In this document: positions 26,209-39,849 of the stretch, one piece after another
How the letters are laid out: each line of letters starts with the position of its first letter
Position numbering within the stretch: the stretch's first letter is position 1
Source of the DNA: Raillietiella orientalis
Lineage: Eukaryota
Assembly: GCA_036172245.1 (NCBI GenBank)
Contig: JAYWIR010000021.1
Location: 620,001 to 684,000, forward strand
DNA: 64,000 nt
Reading direction: 5' to 3'
The notes under the pieces: model-generated
Database searches by the model: none
Told to the model about the DNA's origin: nothing
Seen by the model: the letters and a program-made list of their open reading frames with translations, nothing else
Program-made: the position numbers and the translations under genes

Positions 26209-29171
26209 ATGGTATGCAAAAGTAGACAGTAAGATTCTAATGTTTCTGATGCTTTTTCTTTAGAGCTATCACGCTGTATTTGAAATTTCCATAAAGTGTA
26301 AATTCAATTGTAATCAAATTGTAATCATTGTTAATTTTCATAATTCTTTTTGTTTGCTTGGAGCAATCATTGCAATTGTGTGAAGTCTTGTAATAGAAGT
26401 AGATTAAGAAAAATGTTTGACGAATACTAATAGTGTACACATAAAGTCTCATAGGAAATTTAGTGCTCCCCGCCATGGATCCATGGGATTTTATCCCAAG
26501 AAGCGTTCTAGAAGGCATCGTGGGAAAGTGAAGTCTTTTCCGAAAGATGATCCTTCGAAACCTATCCACCTGACTGCATTTCTTGCTTACAAGGCAGGAA
26601 TGACACATGTTGTGCGAGAAGCAGATCGACCTGGTTCAAGTATGTATTTTAAAATATGATTGTCAGTTCTGGAAGCATGTTCTTGATGTCAATTGGGAAT
26701 AGAAAAACGCATTAATAATTGTATGTGTAAATGATTTTAATCAAATTCAGAGTGTGTTCATATTGAGGAGTTAAAGGATGGGCTGTTTTGATTAAAAACT
26801 TGGTTTTAAGATTACTTCAGGAAACACCTACATTGTATGCTTGTCAACTGCTTTGAGTGATTTTTTCTGCTTATGTTGAAAGGTTTTGTAGAAACGCTTT
26901 TTGCAAGTACCATGGTCGAGCTTTAAAATATTTTTTTAATTTGATAAATATAAATTTGAAGTACATTCTAAAGTTTTCCACTTATAAGTATGCATGTAAT
27001 GTTACATTCACAAAGTACTCAAACCCTATTATTGCCTTAAATGAAACCAGATCCCCAGTTCGAGTATTCCTTTATATGCGAGGATTAACAAGTACGGGAT
27101 ATTTGGAAATTTATGTAAGTCTCGTATTCATTTGAGTCACCTGTGTGTTCATGTTTTGATTGCAGTTGAGTGAAACCGAATTTCAGGAACTGTGAGTGCA
27201 GTTCTTCCGTTAAAAATTGCTTATTGAGTGAATGAATGCTAAATTCAGTTTACAACCATTATTTCAGTATGCCTCATTAAGTTTTCACCAATTATCATGG
27301 TGTATTGTGCTACCACACTTTTGATGCATGTGAAATGCCAGAGATAATTACCTTAATTTCTAAATTCATCAACAGCTTTTGACATTTTGTGCTTGATATT
27401 TGTTTTAGAATGTTTAGTTTTGATAAGGTGTATTTAATATTATTTGAAATTATCATGAGTAAATGGTTTTCACCAGCAAACTCCATACATTCTTGTCATT
27501 ACCATGGTGTCCCAGTTATATTTTATATATGCATGAACATCCTGATGTAACGGTGCCTTTATTACTTACAAGGAACGCTAATCAGTAATAATAAATTCGT
27601 TACATAACATGGATTTGTGATTCCAGAGGTCAACAAGAAAGAAATAGTAGAGGCTGTTACTGTCTTAGAAGCTCCACCTATGATTGTTGTAGGAGTGGTT
27701 GGTTATATTGATACACCACAAGGTCTAAGAGGCTTGAAGACAATTTGGGCTGAACATGTTAGTGAAGAATGCAAGCGTAGACTGTATAAGCGCTGGTGAG
27801 AACACATAGACATATTCTTTCCTTTTGATAAGATCAGTGATTACTCCTTTCATCCTTTCATTGATTTGTATATCTTTATACTTTCTCAGGTCAAAATCCA
27901 AAAAAAAGGCGTTTATGAAGTCAAACCTCAAATGGCAATCAGCTGAAGGTCAAAAAGCCATCGAAACCACTTTTAAGAAGATGAAGAAGTACTGCAAAGT
28001 TATTCGTGTGTTGGCTCACACTCAGGTAGGATCATCAAATGTAGCAAAAGACACATTCCTAGAATGGACTGTTGAGTTCATTTTATGGAAAAAAGTCTAA
28101 AAAAAATAATGTTCATTTTAGAGTTTCAGTAGCAATGTAGCTGCAGAAATGTCGGATGCAACAAACAACTAGCTGTGATAAAGATGTTGTTTACAAAGAT
28201 ATTTATTTCAGATGAAACTTCTTAAAAAACGGCAAAAAAAAGCCCACATCATGGAAATTCAAGTTAATGGTGGAACAGTGGCACAGAAAGTAGACTGGGC
28301 CAGAAAGCATCTTGAGAAGGCCATCCCATTATCTCAAGTTTTTGCCCAAGATGAGATGATTGATGTTATTGCAGTCACCAAGGGCAAAGGGTTTAAAGGT
28401 TTTTGAAAATGCGATATGGTGCATACATTTACTGTTTTGTAGGTGTCACATCTCGTTGGCACACCAAGAAATTGCCAAGAAAAACGCACAAAGGGCTTCG
28501 TAAAGTAGCTTGCATTGGTGCCTGGCATCCTTCTCGGGTGCAGTTTACGGTGGCTCGAGCTGGCCAAAAGGGTTATCATCATCGCACTGAATTGAACAAA
28601 AAGATCTATCGTATTGGTAAAGGATATCATATCAAGGATGATAAGGTTTTGATGATATTTTCACTACTTATAGTTTAATGATTGTGTTGCAGCTAGTTAA
28701 GAACAATGCGTCCACTGATTATGATTTGTCTGACAAAAGCATAACACCCATGGGTGGGTTCCCACATTATGGAGAAGTGCGGTGCGACTATGTTATGATA
28801 AAAGGTTGTTGTGCTGGTCCCAAGAAACGTGTCATCACTTTGCGCAAGGTAAATTCGCTTTTGATTTTGGTTTTGTAATGTTTTGTATTGGGATGAAAAA
28901 TCATGGAGCCATTAAACTGAGCTTATTGAAGATCAATGATAGGACTGAAATCAGTGAAGCGTTCATGTTTTTTTGTGCTTTTTGATTCTTGACGCTTAAT
29001 AATGCTGCTTGTTTACAGTCATTGCTGGTACATACTAAACGAGCAGCGTTAGAGAAGATCGATCTAAAGTTTATTGACACGTCTTCCAAGTTCGGCCATG
29101 GTCGTTTCCAAACTCCACAAGAAAAGGCTGCATTTATGGGACCATTGAAAAAAGACAAGGAAAAAGTATGA
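26209..29171 (+). CDS. RPL3: 60S ribosomal protein L3 (uL3)
   Basis: Exons 26209-26211 (ATG), 26447-26639 ([20 protein letters not shown]), 27627-27795, 27890-28025, 28212-28398, 28443-28645, 28693-28848 and 29019-29171 ([16 protein letters not shown]...GPLKKD). All GT-AG and in phase; AATAAA near 29218. Confidence 0.98.
28890..28948 (+). ncRNA. Candidate intronic box C/D snoRNA (28S rRNA guide)
   Basis: Box C variant GGGATGA (28890-28896), D' CTGA (28917-28920), C'-like TTGAAGA, and box D CTGA (28945-28948) 70 nt upstream of the 3' splice site. CAATGATAGGA immediately before box D is complementary to conserved LSU rRNA UCCUAUCAUUG. Confidence 0.65.
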
Positions 29172-31479
29172 ATACACAGACAGTATTCTCTTGCATGGAA
29201 GCTATGATAGCGAATGGAATAAAAGGCCTTTTAGAACCGATTGCTGTTTATTCTCAAAATATTTGCCCTCTTAGTTTAAAAGGAAAAATTCCGATTTCAG
29301 ATCATTTAGGTGATGGCGCTGTTACCAACATCTCGCCAGACTGTCGGACTTTTGCTGCTCAGATTTCGTGAACAGCGGAAAATTCAAGTTGCCAGAGAAA
29401 AATGTGAAGGCGTTTTTCTCTGGCAACACACGATGGAATTTGGGAGTTGAGATGACTCAGGGGAAGTAGAAGAAGACCGGGGATATTCATCAAGCCCCAG
29501 TTTTCATGTTCGCACCGTTTTCTGAAGCTGGAAAGGGAAGTTGGCGCGAAAACTAGAAAGTAAGGCTTCGGGGTGCCATGCCGCGGTGCATTCTCCTGTA
29601 TCATTATCCCATCAAACGCGATTCAACATCAATTTGCTTCTAAAACGTGCTTCGAGATCAGCTTGAGGCAAAATCATCAAATGGTTTGCGATCGCGGAAA
29701 AGTCCAAAATTCGTTTGTAGCACACACCAGAGTACGCGTGCGCCAAGTATCAAAAGAGCCGTGGTCCAATGGTGGTAGGAACGGGCATTTCGAATGATAG
29801 GATACACACTCGGATGGACTAATTGTTAGTGCCCTCTCAGTGCACGAGTCGAAAGACAATCTGAACCAAACCATCGACGTCTGAGAATGCCTATCCACAC
29901 AAAATAGTTTGTTCCGGTAAACATCGAATCAGCATGCCCCCCACATCACGGACTAATCCACACACCGGATCAGTGTATCTCAAGGAAACAGTGGAGGAAC
30001 GGTGCAAAGGAAAGCAAAGGAACACGGAGCGTGGACAGCCACTTTCGAGCCACAGTGGTGGCAAGAAGCGCGTGAGTATTTCTTAGCACTGCTAAGCGGC
30101 TTGGCGACTTGGGAGCTGTCTTTTCAACGTGCCTGCAATCCGTCCTGTGGAGATGCAAGCCACATGGCCACCGTGTTCGTGTTTCTTGCAGGCCCAGAGC
30201 AACATGGACCGAATGCGAGACCAACGAAACGGATCCCTGTTCACTCGTTCTAAAAGACAATCCATCTTTTCGCAAAGGCCATCGTGACCTTACGCTCTGG
30301 AGGTCGGGCAATGCAAACTCTCACTCAAGACAATCGCTGGCCACCAATGCTCGCCAAGGGAACGATGACAGCTCCTCGGAAGGGGAGGGAAGATTTCTCT
30401 CTTCCAGATGCCTTTTCGTGCATTCCAGAATCTTTCCTCAGCATGCGACTATCCCTGGCTTTTCCAGCGGTTTCTCAAACGTGCAAGAAGCCAATCTAGG
30501 ATTCTATTTGGTTGGCCTGCTATTGGCACGAGAAGGCACTATGAGGGGATCAAAAGAGAACGCGCTCGATTCTCTGTGGGCTTTTCCGAACTGTGCCTAA
30601 GGCAAAGTGTGGATCCTGTTTGTCTCTTGCTGGAAGACGACCCAACAGGAGTGAGCGGAACGCAGCGTATCAGGCTGGTAGAGAGAAAGATAATGGTGTG
30701 TGTTTTCTGCAGATTCACAGAGATGCTGCGCTTCGGCTTGGAGAATGTCATGAGATTGGGGGTGGGTAGTTGGCAAATCCTGCCTGCACTCGGTCCGATG
30801 TGGGGGAGGCTGCAGAGGAAGAAGCAGAGAAAAAAGGGGGTCTCTCCTCGTAGTCTTCGACGATCGCGGTCTGCTTCTTACGTGTCCCCGACGAGAAGCG
30901 AAGCAAACTCTGGAGGACCGGCGGCCATCTCGGCATTGTCAATCCCCGTGTTCGGAAGGGTGCGCTCGTGAGTGCAGCAGGATAGATGGGACGAGTGTCG
31001 CAACCTGGCGCTTGTGCCTCTTGGTCCCAATGAGACAGCTGAAAGAAGATGAAGGCCAGGTTGGAACACCCAAGACAAGCAGAAGCAGAGGGCGAAACCC
31101 GCCGTCTCCCTCATTCAAGAGACGCTCTCTCTGCCGCTCTTGAAGGGTGTTTCGTTCTCTTCGCGCACACGGTCTGAGCCTACAGGACGAGGAGTTGCGA
31201 CACGTGCGGGTGTGAGGGGAAAGGTTAGCAGACTCGGCGCCATATTCAGCCAGCTACCGCATCTGGGATGCCTGTTTCCACCAGGTCACGCCGGGGTGTT
31301 CCTTTCTTTCTGAAAGCACGTACTCAAGCAATCGGGAAACGAGTTTCCAGGAAAATAACTAGAAGTCTGCGGGGAGGCGTCACCGACGTGCAGGTCGGAC
31401 AAGTAGAGTCCTTAGAGGTCCTTCGCAGCTGCTCGACATCGGGGATGTGAAAGAGAAGCGTGCGCACTGGGGGACGAGC

Positions 31480-32120
31480 CGATCGTTTCGATGGAGATCG
31501 CCGCTGCCATCGGAAAACTTAGAAAGCGCAGAGCGCCTGGGGGTCCGCAATTTTTCCAGACTTTCTCCACGGAGTTGTTCCTCTGGGAGAAACGGTTCGC
31601 AATGCCGGTTTGGGATAGGGGGCGAGGTGCCCGCTTCCTTCCAGTCGGCTCGAGTCCGCCTCCTCCCGAAATGGGGGACACACACGCGCAGCACGAGCAG
31701 CTGGCGTGTGTCCAACCGCCACGGTGGGCTAGGGGACACTAGGCTGCTCTCGAAACTGTGGGCTACGCGCCTACGGCAGGTCGCAAACTCCGCCATCAGC
31801 CTGGTGCAGTCCTGCGCTGTTCCTAGGAGAGAAAGCGGAAGGAAGCCTGTTCTTTTCACAGACCTGGTTTCGGCTGCAGAGCCGTATCGCGACCGAGTGC
31901 TGCAAGGGTATATGAGCCCGGCAAGACGCCAGAATTTATCTCCGACGGGAGCGGACGAAGTCGGGAAGAGCGTTGCCGACATTCGTGTTCGCTCACGGGA
32001 GGCTCCTTTTCCGAGGCTGGAAGGAAAATTTCGTTCGGCCGTATTCTTCCCCTGGTCTCTGCTTTCGCACCTCATGTCCGGTCCATTCGGAAGGGTCCGC
32101 ACGGGTACTGAGCACAGGTG
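31480..32120 (+). mobile_element. Decayed L1/Tx1-like reverse transcriptase N-terminal region
   Basis: EIAAAIGKLRKRRAPGGPQFFQTF (KSPGPDG..EFY), RVRLLPK, SWR, DTRLLSKLWATRLRQVANSAISLVQSCAVPRR. Confidence 0.75.
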
Positions 32121-33089
32121 AAGATCGGAGTGGACTTCCGTGTGTGTTGAGAGAAACGCGAGGAAGGAACACGCGTAGACGCTCACTTCATCATGGTCGG
32201 TTGGTCAGTGAAGAGCTCGGAGCGCATCCTTCCGGAAAACCGACTTAATATTTACGACTACTAGGCAGGGGTAGTGATCATAGGAAAAGATTAATGACGG
32301 GAGATGGTCACGAAAACGTTCGTCTCTCCCACGAGAACTCTCTCCAGAGTCCTTAAACCGAACCACCCTCAAGCACCATCTCTTTTCCTGAACACCGAAG
32401 AATTCCCTCTCGAACTTCTTGGAACAGGTTGCTAGGGAAAGCCGCTCCGCTGCATCCCTTGGAATCGCGGCATCCTCATCCCGATAGCCAGAGAACTGCT
32501 GTCACAGTCCGGCCTGCCGGCGGCCACGATTTCGCTTCTCGCTTGTGGCTCGAATGGCAGGAAGGTCGCACCTCGAAAACAGTGGCGTGGGCCTCTGCGT
32601 GAGCTCAAGAAGCGACAGACGCCCCAGAAAGTGATGTCGCCAAAATTTTCTATTGGAGATGCGAAAAGAGCTCTCCCCACCATCCGCATCGTGGTGGTTA
32701 TTCATGCTTTGTGCCAGCGCGTATGCACAGGTCTGCAGACGTCAGCCACGTGGAAGGAGCACTAGACGGGGTGAAGACTGCCTTCTCATTATAAATGTGG
32801 ATGAGTCTCTCTCCCATGTTGAATACTGTGCGATAATTAAGATAGAAGATTCCTCCCAGCTTTATGATTCCGTCTTCTGGGTGAGTCATTCTGATCAGAG
32901 AATCGCAGGTTCCTCCGGATTCCTTAGGGGTATCAGCCACCTGAAATCTTCATCAACACCTGTGAATGTGCATCCTTGGACTTACCTTGACGAAGTAGTC
33001 ACTGGGAGCCAACTGAAAGATTTTCCCGGCAACGGTCAATGTGAACGTAGGAGCGTCTTTTATACGGGAACATTCCATCTACGTGAGAA

Positions 33090-33330
33090 ATGTAATCAAA
33101 AGACTATTGAGTCGGAACTCACAAGAGATATGCGATCCATATTGGAGAGTTCATGCAAATTCATCATCCTAATGTATGCCTCATAATCACTTCTGGATAG
33201 ACCGATCCACATGTCTTGGAAATTAAAAACCGCAGTGCATGTTCCTCTGCAGATTGCTTGCGAGCCCAAAGCTGCTCTGGAAGGGAGCAGGAAAAGGTGG
33301 CTCTCCATCCGCGCGTACAACATCGTAACT
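33090..33330 (-). mobile_element. LINE APE endonuclease remnant
   Basis: FNFQDMWIGLSRSDYEAY resembles L.D.WR...P....YT. Confidence 0.3.
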
Positions 33331-33599
33331 CTCCACAGGACACTACCACGAAGTTTGTTCTGGGTTTACTCTTGATATCCAGGGCTTACCAGTCAGGATA
33401 ATAGGTCTGCCTAAGACGAGCTTTCCAGCATAAGGATGAGGGTTAGCCCTGCAAAGATTATTCATAGTCTGCAGCTCTAACGTACGGTGACCGCGCTCTC
33501 CACTAGTTGATCGGGATTTTGGGAATCAATTCACCTTCAGCAGAGGATAAGGAAAGATCTGTGAACGGCAAAGAACACCGTCCGACAATCGGTGGTCAA

Positions 33600-34620
33600 A
33601 GTGGGGCGAGAAACTTGTGGCATCCTGCTTGACAGTGGAGCACCTGAAGGGTGACAACCCATGCGCCAACACCTTATGCTGTCACGGGAGAAACGCGATT
33701 CAGCTAATCCTGTGCTCTGTGTGTGCAGCGCAGGTGGACCGTCTTCGCCATGTAATTGATATTCTGAATTGGAGTGGTCCTCACGGTGCACTCGACCATC
33801 CTCGCACTTTGTGACCACAGACGTGTCGTCTGTACGAGACAGGGACAGTCGGACTTTGCAGCGTTTACGAATGAAGTCATGGAAACACAACTTTCAGATA
33901 CACAGGAGCATCCTTGGAGACCGCACCATGACAAACAGAGATTGAGCAATCGCTGAAGCTCACATCAAGGACTCATAACTATATGATTGCTCGTCTGGAA
34001 ATCTTTTAGTGTCTCTGCAGCCCAGCCGGTCGCCTCTCTTCCTGTATGAGTGTCGCCCGTTTCTGCGAACGTCAACCATCCTGGGTTTCGTTTTCCTCGT
34101 CATAGAAACAGAATGCTGCTGGGCCGTCAGCAACGACGCATTTTTGTCCGTGATTGCTCATCCTCAGTGCATGAAGGGGATGTGCGGAGGGAAAATTGGA
34201 CCATCACACAGTGCCAGGAGCTCTGTTTCCAGCCCTCCTCCGCAACCCTGCTGGAACCCGAGGTCTGCATAGAGTCCCTCGGAAGCCATCTTGTTTGAGA
34301 TGGGAGCGAAACTCGGAGGAGATAAATCCGTGTGAGCAGACGCTGCGTTTGCACCCCGTTCTCGATGAATCACGGATTTCGCTCTTCCGAGACATTTCCG
34401 GGCCGTTTCGATCGCATCGGTTCGAAAAGAGAAACCATCTATGGCGAGCTTCAATGGACCGAATGGTGGATCTCCCCTCTGCTGCGAGCGGCGCTCGTAG
34501 AGCACCGTGCGACTGCGGTGGGCCCTTGGTCCACCCAACACGAGAAGGTGCCACGCTCAACCCGCAAAGGCTCTTCGAGTGCTTGCGTGCAGCGAAGGAA
34601 TGTTCCGTTTAGAACACAAC
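33600..34620 (+). mobile_element. Decayed LINE fragments (endonuclease end and C-terminal CCHC region)
   Basis: AQVDRLRHV and TILALCDHRRVVC (RID/SDH-like), then KRNHLWR and TLNPQRLFECLRAAKEC (ET..HLF.EC..A). Confidence 0.45.
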
Positions 34621-35499
34621 GCGAACGTACGAGCAGCCGAGTGCAAAGAAAGAAAAGAACGAAGCAGTGAAATTTCTAAGCACATACCTTTGAATCTCAA
34701 AAGTAAACGTCGGAGACAGATGCGGATAGATCGACAATATTCGTGAAAACCAGGAAAGACCTTTGATTTCATGGTTAAGTGCATTAGGAGAAAGTCCCAA
34801 GTACCCATGGTATCTTATGTCTCTTACATTCGTATTATGTTGCGAGATCACGAAGAATTTCTGATTGATGAGCGTCACTGGGAAAACCTGGAAGTAAACG
34901 GCATTTCAACCTCGGACCCCAGGCATCTGCCTGTCAGCTTTCAGAAGTCACAATTACTCGAGGGAGCGGAAGGAAAACGTACGCGGACCCACGAAATGCT
35001 GCGCTGACCGAAAACTTTGGCAGCCGCGGTAGCACCTCGAGCAAACTCGTGTCCCTAAGGCATTCGTTTAGTCACCTCAGGTCACGAGCTTGTTTCAGGC
35101 CGTTTTATGGGACAGGCGGTCCAAGCAAGTCGCATTTGGCAGCGTTATGAGATCCGCATCCCGGGAGCGGCTGTGAGCTCGAGAAAGATACAGAGCTCCA
35201 CGCGCCGCCTCATGCCAGTCCGTTCCCCAAATCAGCGGTCCTTCTCCCCGCTCAAAGTCTCACCCCTTACGTCAAAACTTACGTAAAAGTCATCTTCTGC
35301 TACTTGCCCGAAGTAGTCATTATCATGAATAATACGTTGGGACGCATTGAAGTATTGAAATGTGTAGGAATCTTCCCCGGCAAACAGCTGTCCACCTAGA
35401 AATCACGACACGTGAACACAGCAGAGTGCTTTAGAGATCCAGCACTCCACCTGGCCAAGTCTTCAGCACAGAAATGAATTCCGAACCTCCATCAAGATC

Positions 35500-36300
35500 A
35501 AGTATGATGTGTCGACGTGGTACTCCTGCTGAAACTTCCAACGCAAATCCCTAAAACGAAGGAACATCAGGAAACACATCCCGTGTTGAGTACGCGTGCT
35601 GCAGAGGCACTGAAACTGTTTCGCTCGCTCCGTGAACGAAGTCCTACGCGCTCAAATGTCCTGGACGCTCATCTCAAGGATAGAAGTCGGTCTTTGCGTG
35701 TTTGCATGGGCCTTGCAAGGCGTCCATCTTCCGACGTGCCGTCCCGCGTTCAACGAATTGTCCACGCCCTCCAGCGAGGAGAGCCCAGTTGCCGCACCTT
35801 CGTAGTCTCTGATCCCGTCTGAAGCTGAGACTTCCCACGATTCCCCTCACGACTGCAGGAGACTCCATTCCCACTGCTCTTCATCGAAAAGCCCTGCGGC
35901 CATTTCGGCAGACTTGAGGGACCGATTCCCTCACTCCATTCTGCAGGGGTGTCCCCCATTGCTTTCCCGAACACCACCCGCAAATGGCTTCAGCAGCGCG
36001 CCCTTCACCGACTTCACTTCTTCTTATCGACTTTGTGCAGAACCGCTGCGACACGACATGCACGATAGGATGTGTTTTGCCCGGCCTATCGAGCGTGGGG
36101 TTCCCTGCCAGCATCCCGGAAAACAGCCGCACGTACTCGATAAGAGGACCGGACTTTGCGGCGATGCCAGGAAACGCTACTTCAGAACGCCCTGTGCTTT
36201 CGAAAAAGCCCCAACGGACAGAAAGTAAACGCCAAAGGGGACACTTCCTTGACCAAGAAGAAAGAGGGGCGTTAGGCAGCCAAATTTTTCACATTGCGCG
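35500..36300 (+). mobile_element. Decayed non-LTR RT fragment
   Basis: TQIPK, GRS and FPHSILQGCPPLLS (GVRQGCPLSP motif). Confidence 0.55.
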
Positions 36301-37799
36301 GTTGCCGCAGATGAAGCGGTTGGCTGCCCAGAAACGGAGATGGCAGCAAGCGCGTTTCAGATGGGCTCCAACACCCTTCCGCGATCAAATACGAAAGCAA
36401 ATTCAAAACCAAAAAAAAAAGAGCCAAAGAAACATTTCGGTGCTTTTACTCACATAAAGTTGTGCGAATAGCGGAATTGCGAGATCCACCGGTCGAGCGG
36501 TGGGCGAGCCTTCTCGTCCTCTGGGAAGGTGCCTTTGATGCAAATTCGGAGCGTCGAGCTGACCAGCTGCATCTTGTCCAACCTCCTGACCAGCATGTGG
36601 TGCAGCGACGTTCGTTCTACGAAGATGGCAATTTGGAAGAGAAATTTCAAAACAATTCTTGGAAACAAAGGCGTTTCCTGCCATGCGCCTGCCAAACCTC
36701 GGGAAGAGCAAGCAATGGCCAGAAGAGAAAGAGCAGCGGAAGGCACCATCACAAATGGCCAAGAATCACCCGTAGGCATTCCAGGAGTGGATGCGCAATG
36801 AAGAACCAGCTACCGTGCGCGTTTCCGGGTCCGTGCTCTTGCAAGTGGCCAGGGAAGCAGTCGAAATAGAGCAGGGACGAATCGGGCGCTCAAGTCCGGG
36901 AAGAAGAGCGAAGGTTGGGAAGCGGCGAGCGCATTTCTCGCTCTTAACGAAAGTTCGCGCGGAGGAAACGCGGACGCCACTCTTCCAACGTGCAAACCAC
37001 TTGTTGCGGCCTCCTCGTGCCCGAGGCCCTCGAAATGAATGCAACCAGAAAAAGAGATGGTTCGGCATGTCCACTCCGAGCTTTACTGTAAATTCAAGTT
37101 TTCTTCTGGATACGCAGTGGCGGTAGATTTCTGGTTCCGCGCCGTGCTCCATGCTCACCCGCAAAAATGCACTTTCTCAATGCACAAGAAAAGAGCTCGC
37201 AACCACACCTCGGATGGAAATCTCCTTCAGGAGGGAGTCACTGCTTCACCTGTTGTGTCCGTTGGTCGGTAAGCTGAACAGCAATAGGAATCCCAAGTTC
37301 CACAATCTCATTTTTGTTCCTCTGCAGCACTCCTGGTGGCAAGACGTGGAAGAAGTGGCTGAAAGCAAAGGGAAACCAAGTGAGTTATCGACGCCACTTC
37401 CAAATTCTGATTCTGGTGATTCGCACAGTTCCATCGGGCGCAACGCTGTCTTCCTATTCCCCCTTTCCCTTCAATGACCCTCAGCTACGGAGCGCGCCAT
37501 CTTAAGTCGTAAGAAGGCATCGAGCAGGAATGCAAGGTAATGAATGCCTGGGGGAGCTCCATGCCGCTCCGAACCGAAACGCATCTCGACGGAAAACCAA
37601 GAAAGGAATTGTCTTTTTCCTGCGTTTCCTCCAGCGCAAGAAGCGCATCACGAATGCCGTGCACCGTTGAAGAACACCTCGCTTCGCGCCGGAAATTTCA
37701 CGAACCGCCCGGCCCCACCCCACCAATGTCCGTAGATCAAACGAAGATGGAGGATTCCCCGGTGTCCAGGCATACGCTAATGGCGCTTGCCGATGTCAG

Positions 37800-38950
37800 T
37801 TTACGCGATGAAAGACTGGCGGCTTCCGAAGCTTCGCTATGCCCTCACAGTGCTTTGGAGGCAGAAAAGAAACGCAGATTAAGAAGCGCACGCTGAGCAA
37901 ACAGACACACTCCGCAAGACTGACAAGCTCACTTGCTTCGTCGGCTTTTATCTGCACCCGCCCCATGCCGGCGCGTGTATCTGCATCTTCCTTCGACTTC
38001 CGCCTTTGCGACGCGGGCCATTTTTGCACTACGCGGGAAAAAGCCAGAGACCCGGGGAGTGCGTTCGTCTGCAAGGTAGCGTTGGAATTTCGGTAAAGTA
38101 GAAGATCGACAGCGTGTCCCCATTCCATTTCGACCACTTTGCCCTGCTTTCGGGAGATCGGGAACACTCGCAGCCTTGCGTTCCCTTGCCACGCACTCTG
38201 GTCCCCATCGCCGGTCTTCTTGCCCTCGAGTGCTGTCGGACGTCCGTGGCGCAAGACCCCCCACCCACGAACCCAACCAGGGACGTTGAATAGAAACGCT
38301 TCGAAGCAGTGGTCTCCACGCAAGGAGATGTTGATGGGGACGGCGTGAGCGAATTTCGTACGGCCGTATAACGCCGAGCAGCCACACCCCGAATGGCAGC
38401 CCATCGGCTGCATCCCATGCATGCGTCCGTGCGAATTGCGTTCGCTTTTTGTACAACCGACTGCCAGGGGCGGCTCGCAAGACGAATTTCGGAACGCAGT
38501 CCGCAGGACCGTTTGACGTCTCTCCCCTGCATCCGATTCGGTGACCTCAGGGTCGAAGGGGTACCGAAATTCGAGGGCATGTGTTCCGATTCGCGTTCTT
38601 CTCGCCGCACGCAAAGGCCCGGGAAGACGGTCCACGCATCTTCTGCCACTTGTGGGTTGAGTTTGATTTCATCCGGTTTCGGACATCCGGCAAGCTTTAC
38701 AATGGACCAATTGTGTTGATTATGCAGAAGAGAAGAACAAACCAGAACTTGAAATTCGTACCTACTTCCTGCAACGCTCCAGCAGCAACTTTTCCGGCAA
38801 GTCGGATGAGAAGATTGCAACACTGGAGACTGGATCTCGCCTGTGTTTCCTGGCTACTCAGCAAGCGGAAGAGACACTCGAAATTCACACAGTTGGTTGC
38901 GAGAGCAAGAAGATCGAATGTTGTTAAGGGATCAGTCATTACTTAAATCG
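37800..38950 (-). mobile_element. Decayed non-LTR RT fragment
   Basis: HNWSIVKL..PDEIKL (NWRPI.L..D.KI-like) and LEFRYPFD (LD..KAFD-like) occur in order. Confidence 0.4.
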
Positions 38951-39849
38951 TCATTTCTTGTTTAACAGTTTTCTGTAGGAATGAGGAAGAAAGCATTGCG
39001 TCAGATCGTCTCCAACAGGTGTTTGTATCTCCTCCCCAGAATTCATCCGAACGTGCCGTCTCGCGATGGAAGTCTGATCTCCGAAGCGGGAAACTTTCGT
39101 CTTCCCGTGAAGGCTGTGCATTCCTCAGTGTGGTCACCGAGAAGGAGCTTTTCGCGTCTGGTCCCTGGGGCAAGAGGAAATTCTTGACCGATGCGACGTG
39201 CAATGGCGATCTGGCAGATGAGATGGCACTTCGAGAGCAGTCGTAGAAGCGCGTACAATGAGGAAGAGAAGACCGTCTCTTTTCAGCAGGCGCCTTCATC
39301 TTGTGTTGAAAGCTTTGCCCCCTTTTCGGGTGTGCGGCTGAATCCATTCGAAATACCACACCACGTAGTGTTCACCGTTGACGACAGGAATGGACGGTGA
39401 AGAGACATCTCGTCGTTCCCAGTCCTAGAAGCCACATCAAGTAGCCCTTCTCCCTGGTATTCTGCATGCATGTATTCTGGGTTAATAAAAAAAGCGAATT
39501 CGCACTCCACAGGAAGAGGTCATTCTCATTGCACTGTACCAAAAAAGGAGAACCCATTTCTTCTAGTTCCGTCTCACTCGTTTCAAAGTCACCTCTAAGA
39601 TTATGCATGGGGTGATCCAGGTTAAGCTGCGCCCAGGGTCGGGGATCGAGGTTCCCACTTCCTTCAGCCGCCATGCATTCACGAGGGGGTAGGAGACCAA
39701 CCTGTCATTCGCAATTTCTCGAGAGCGTGAGCATTCGTCATTGGAAACCCAAGAGGCGTCATCCGGTGTCAGCTGCAGGGTAGCTGCAGGTCCTCACAAA
39801 CGACCGCGCGCTGCAGAATGTCGTCTCGAAGGGCACACATCAAGGTACT

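Noticed and set aside
28130..28200. H/ACA snoRNA in RPL3 intron 4
   Set aside because: One hairpin plus ACA, but no ANANNA H box and too close to the splice acceptor.
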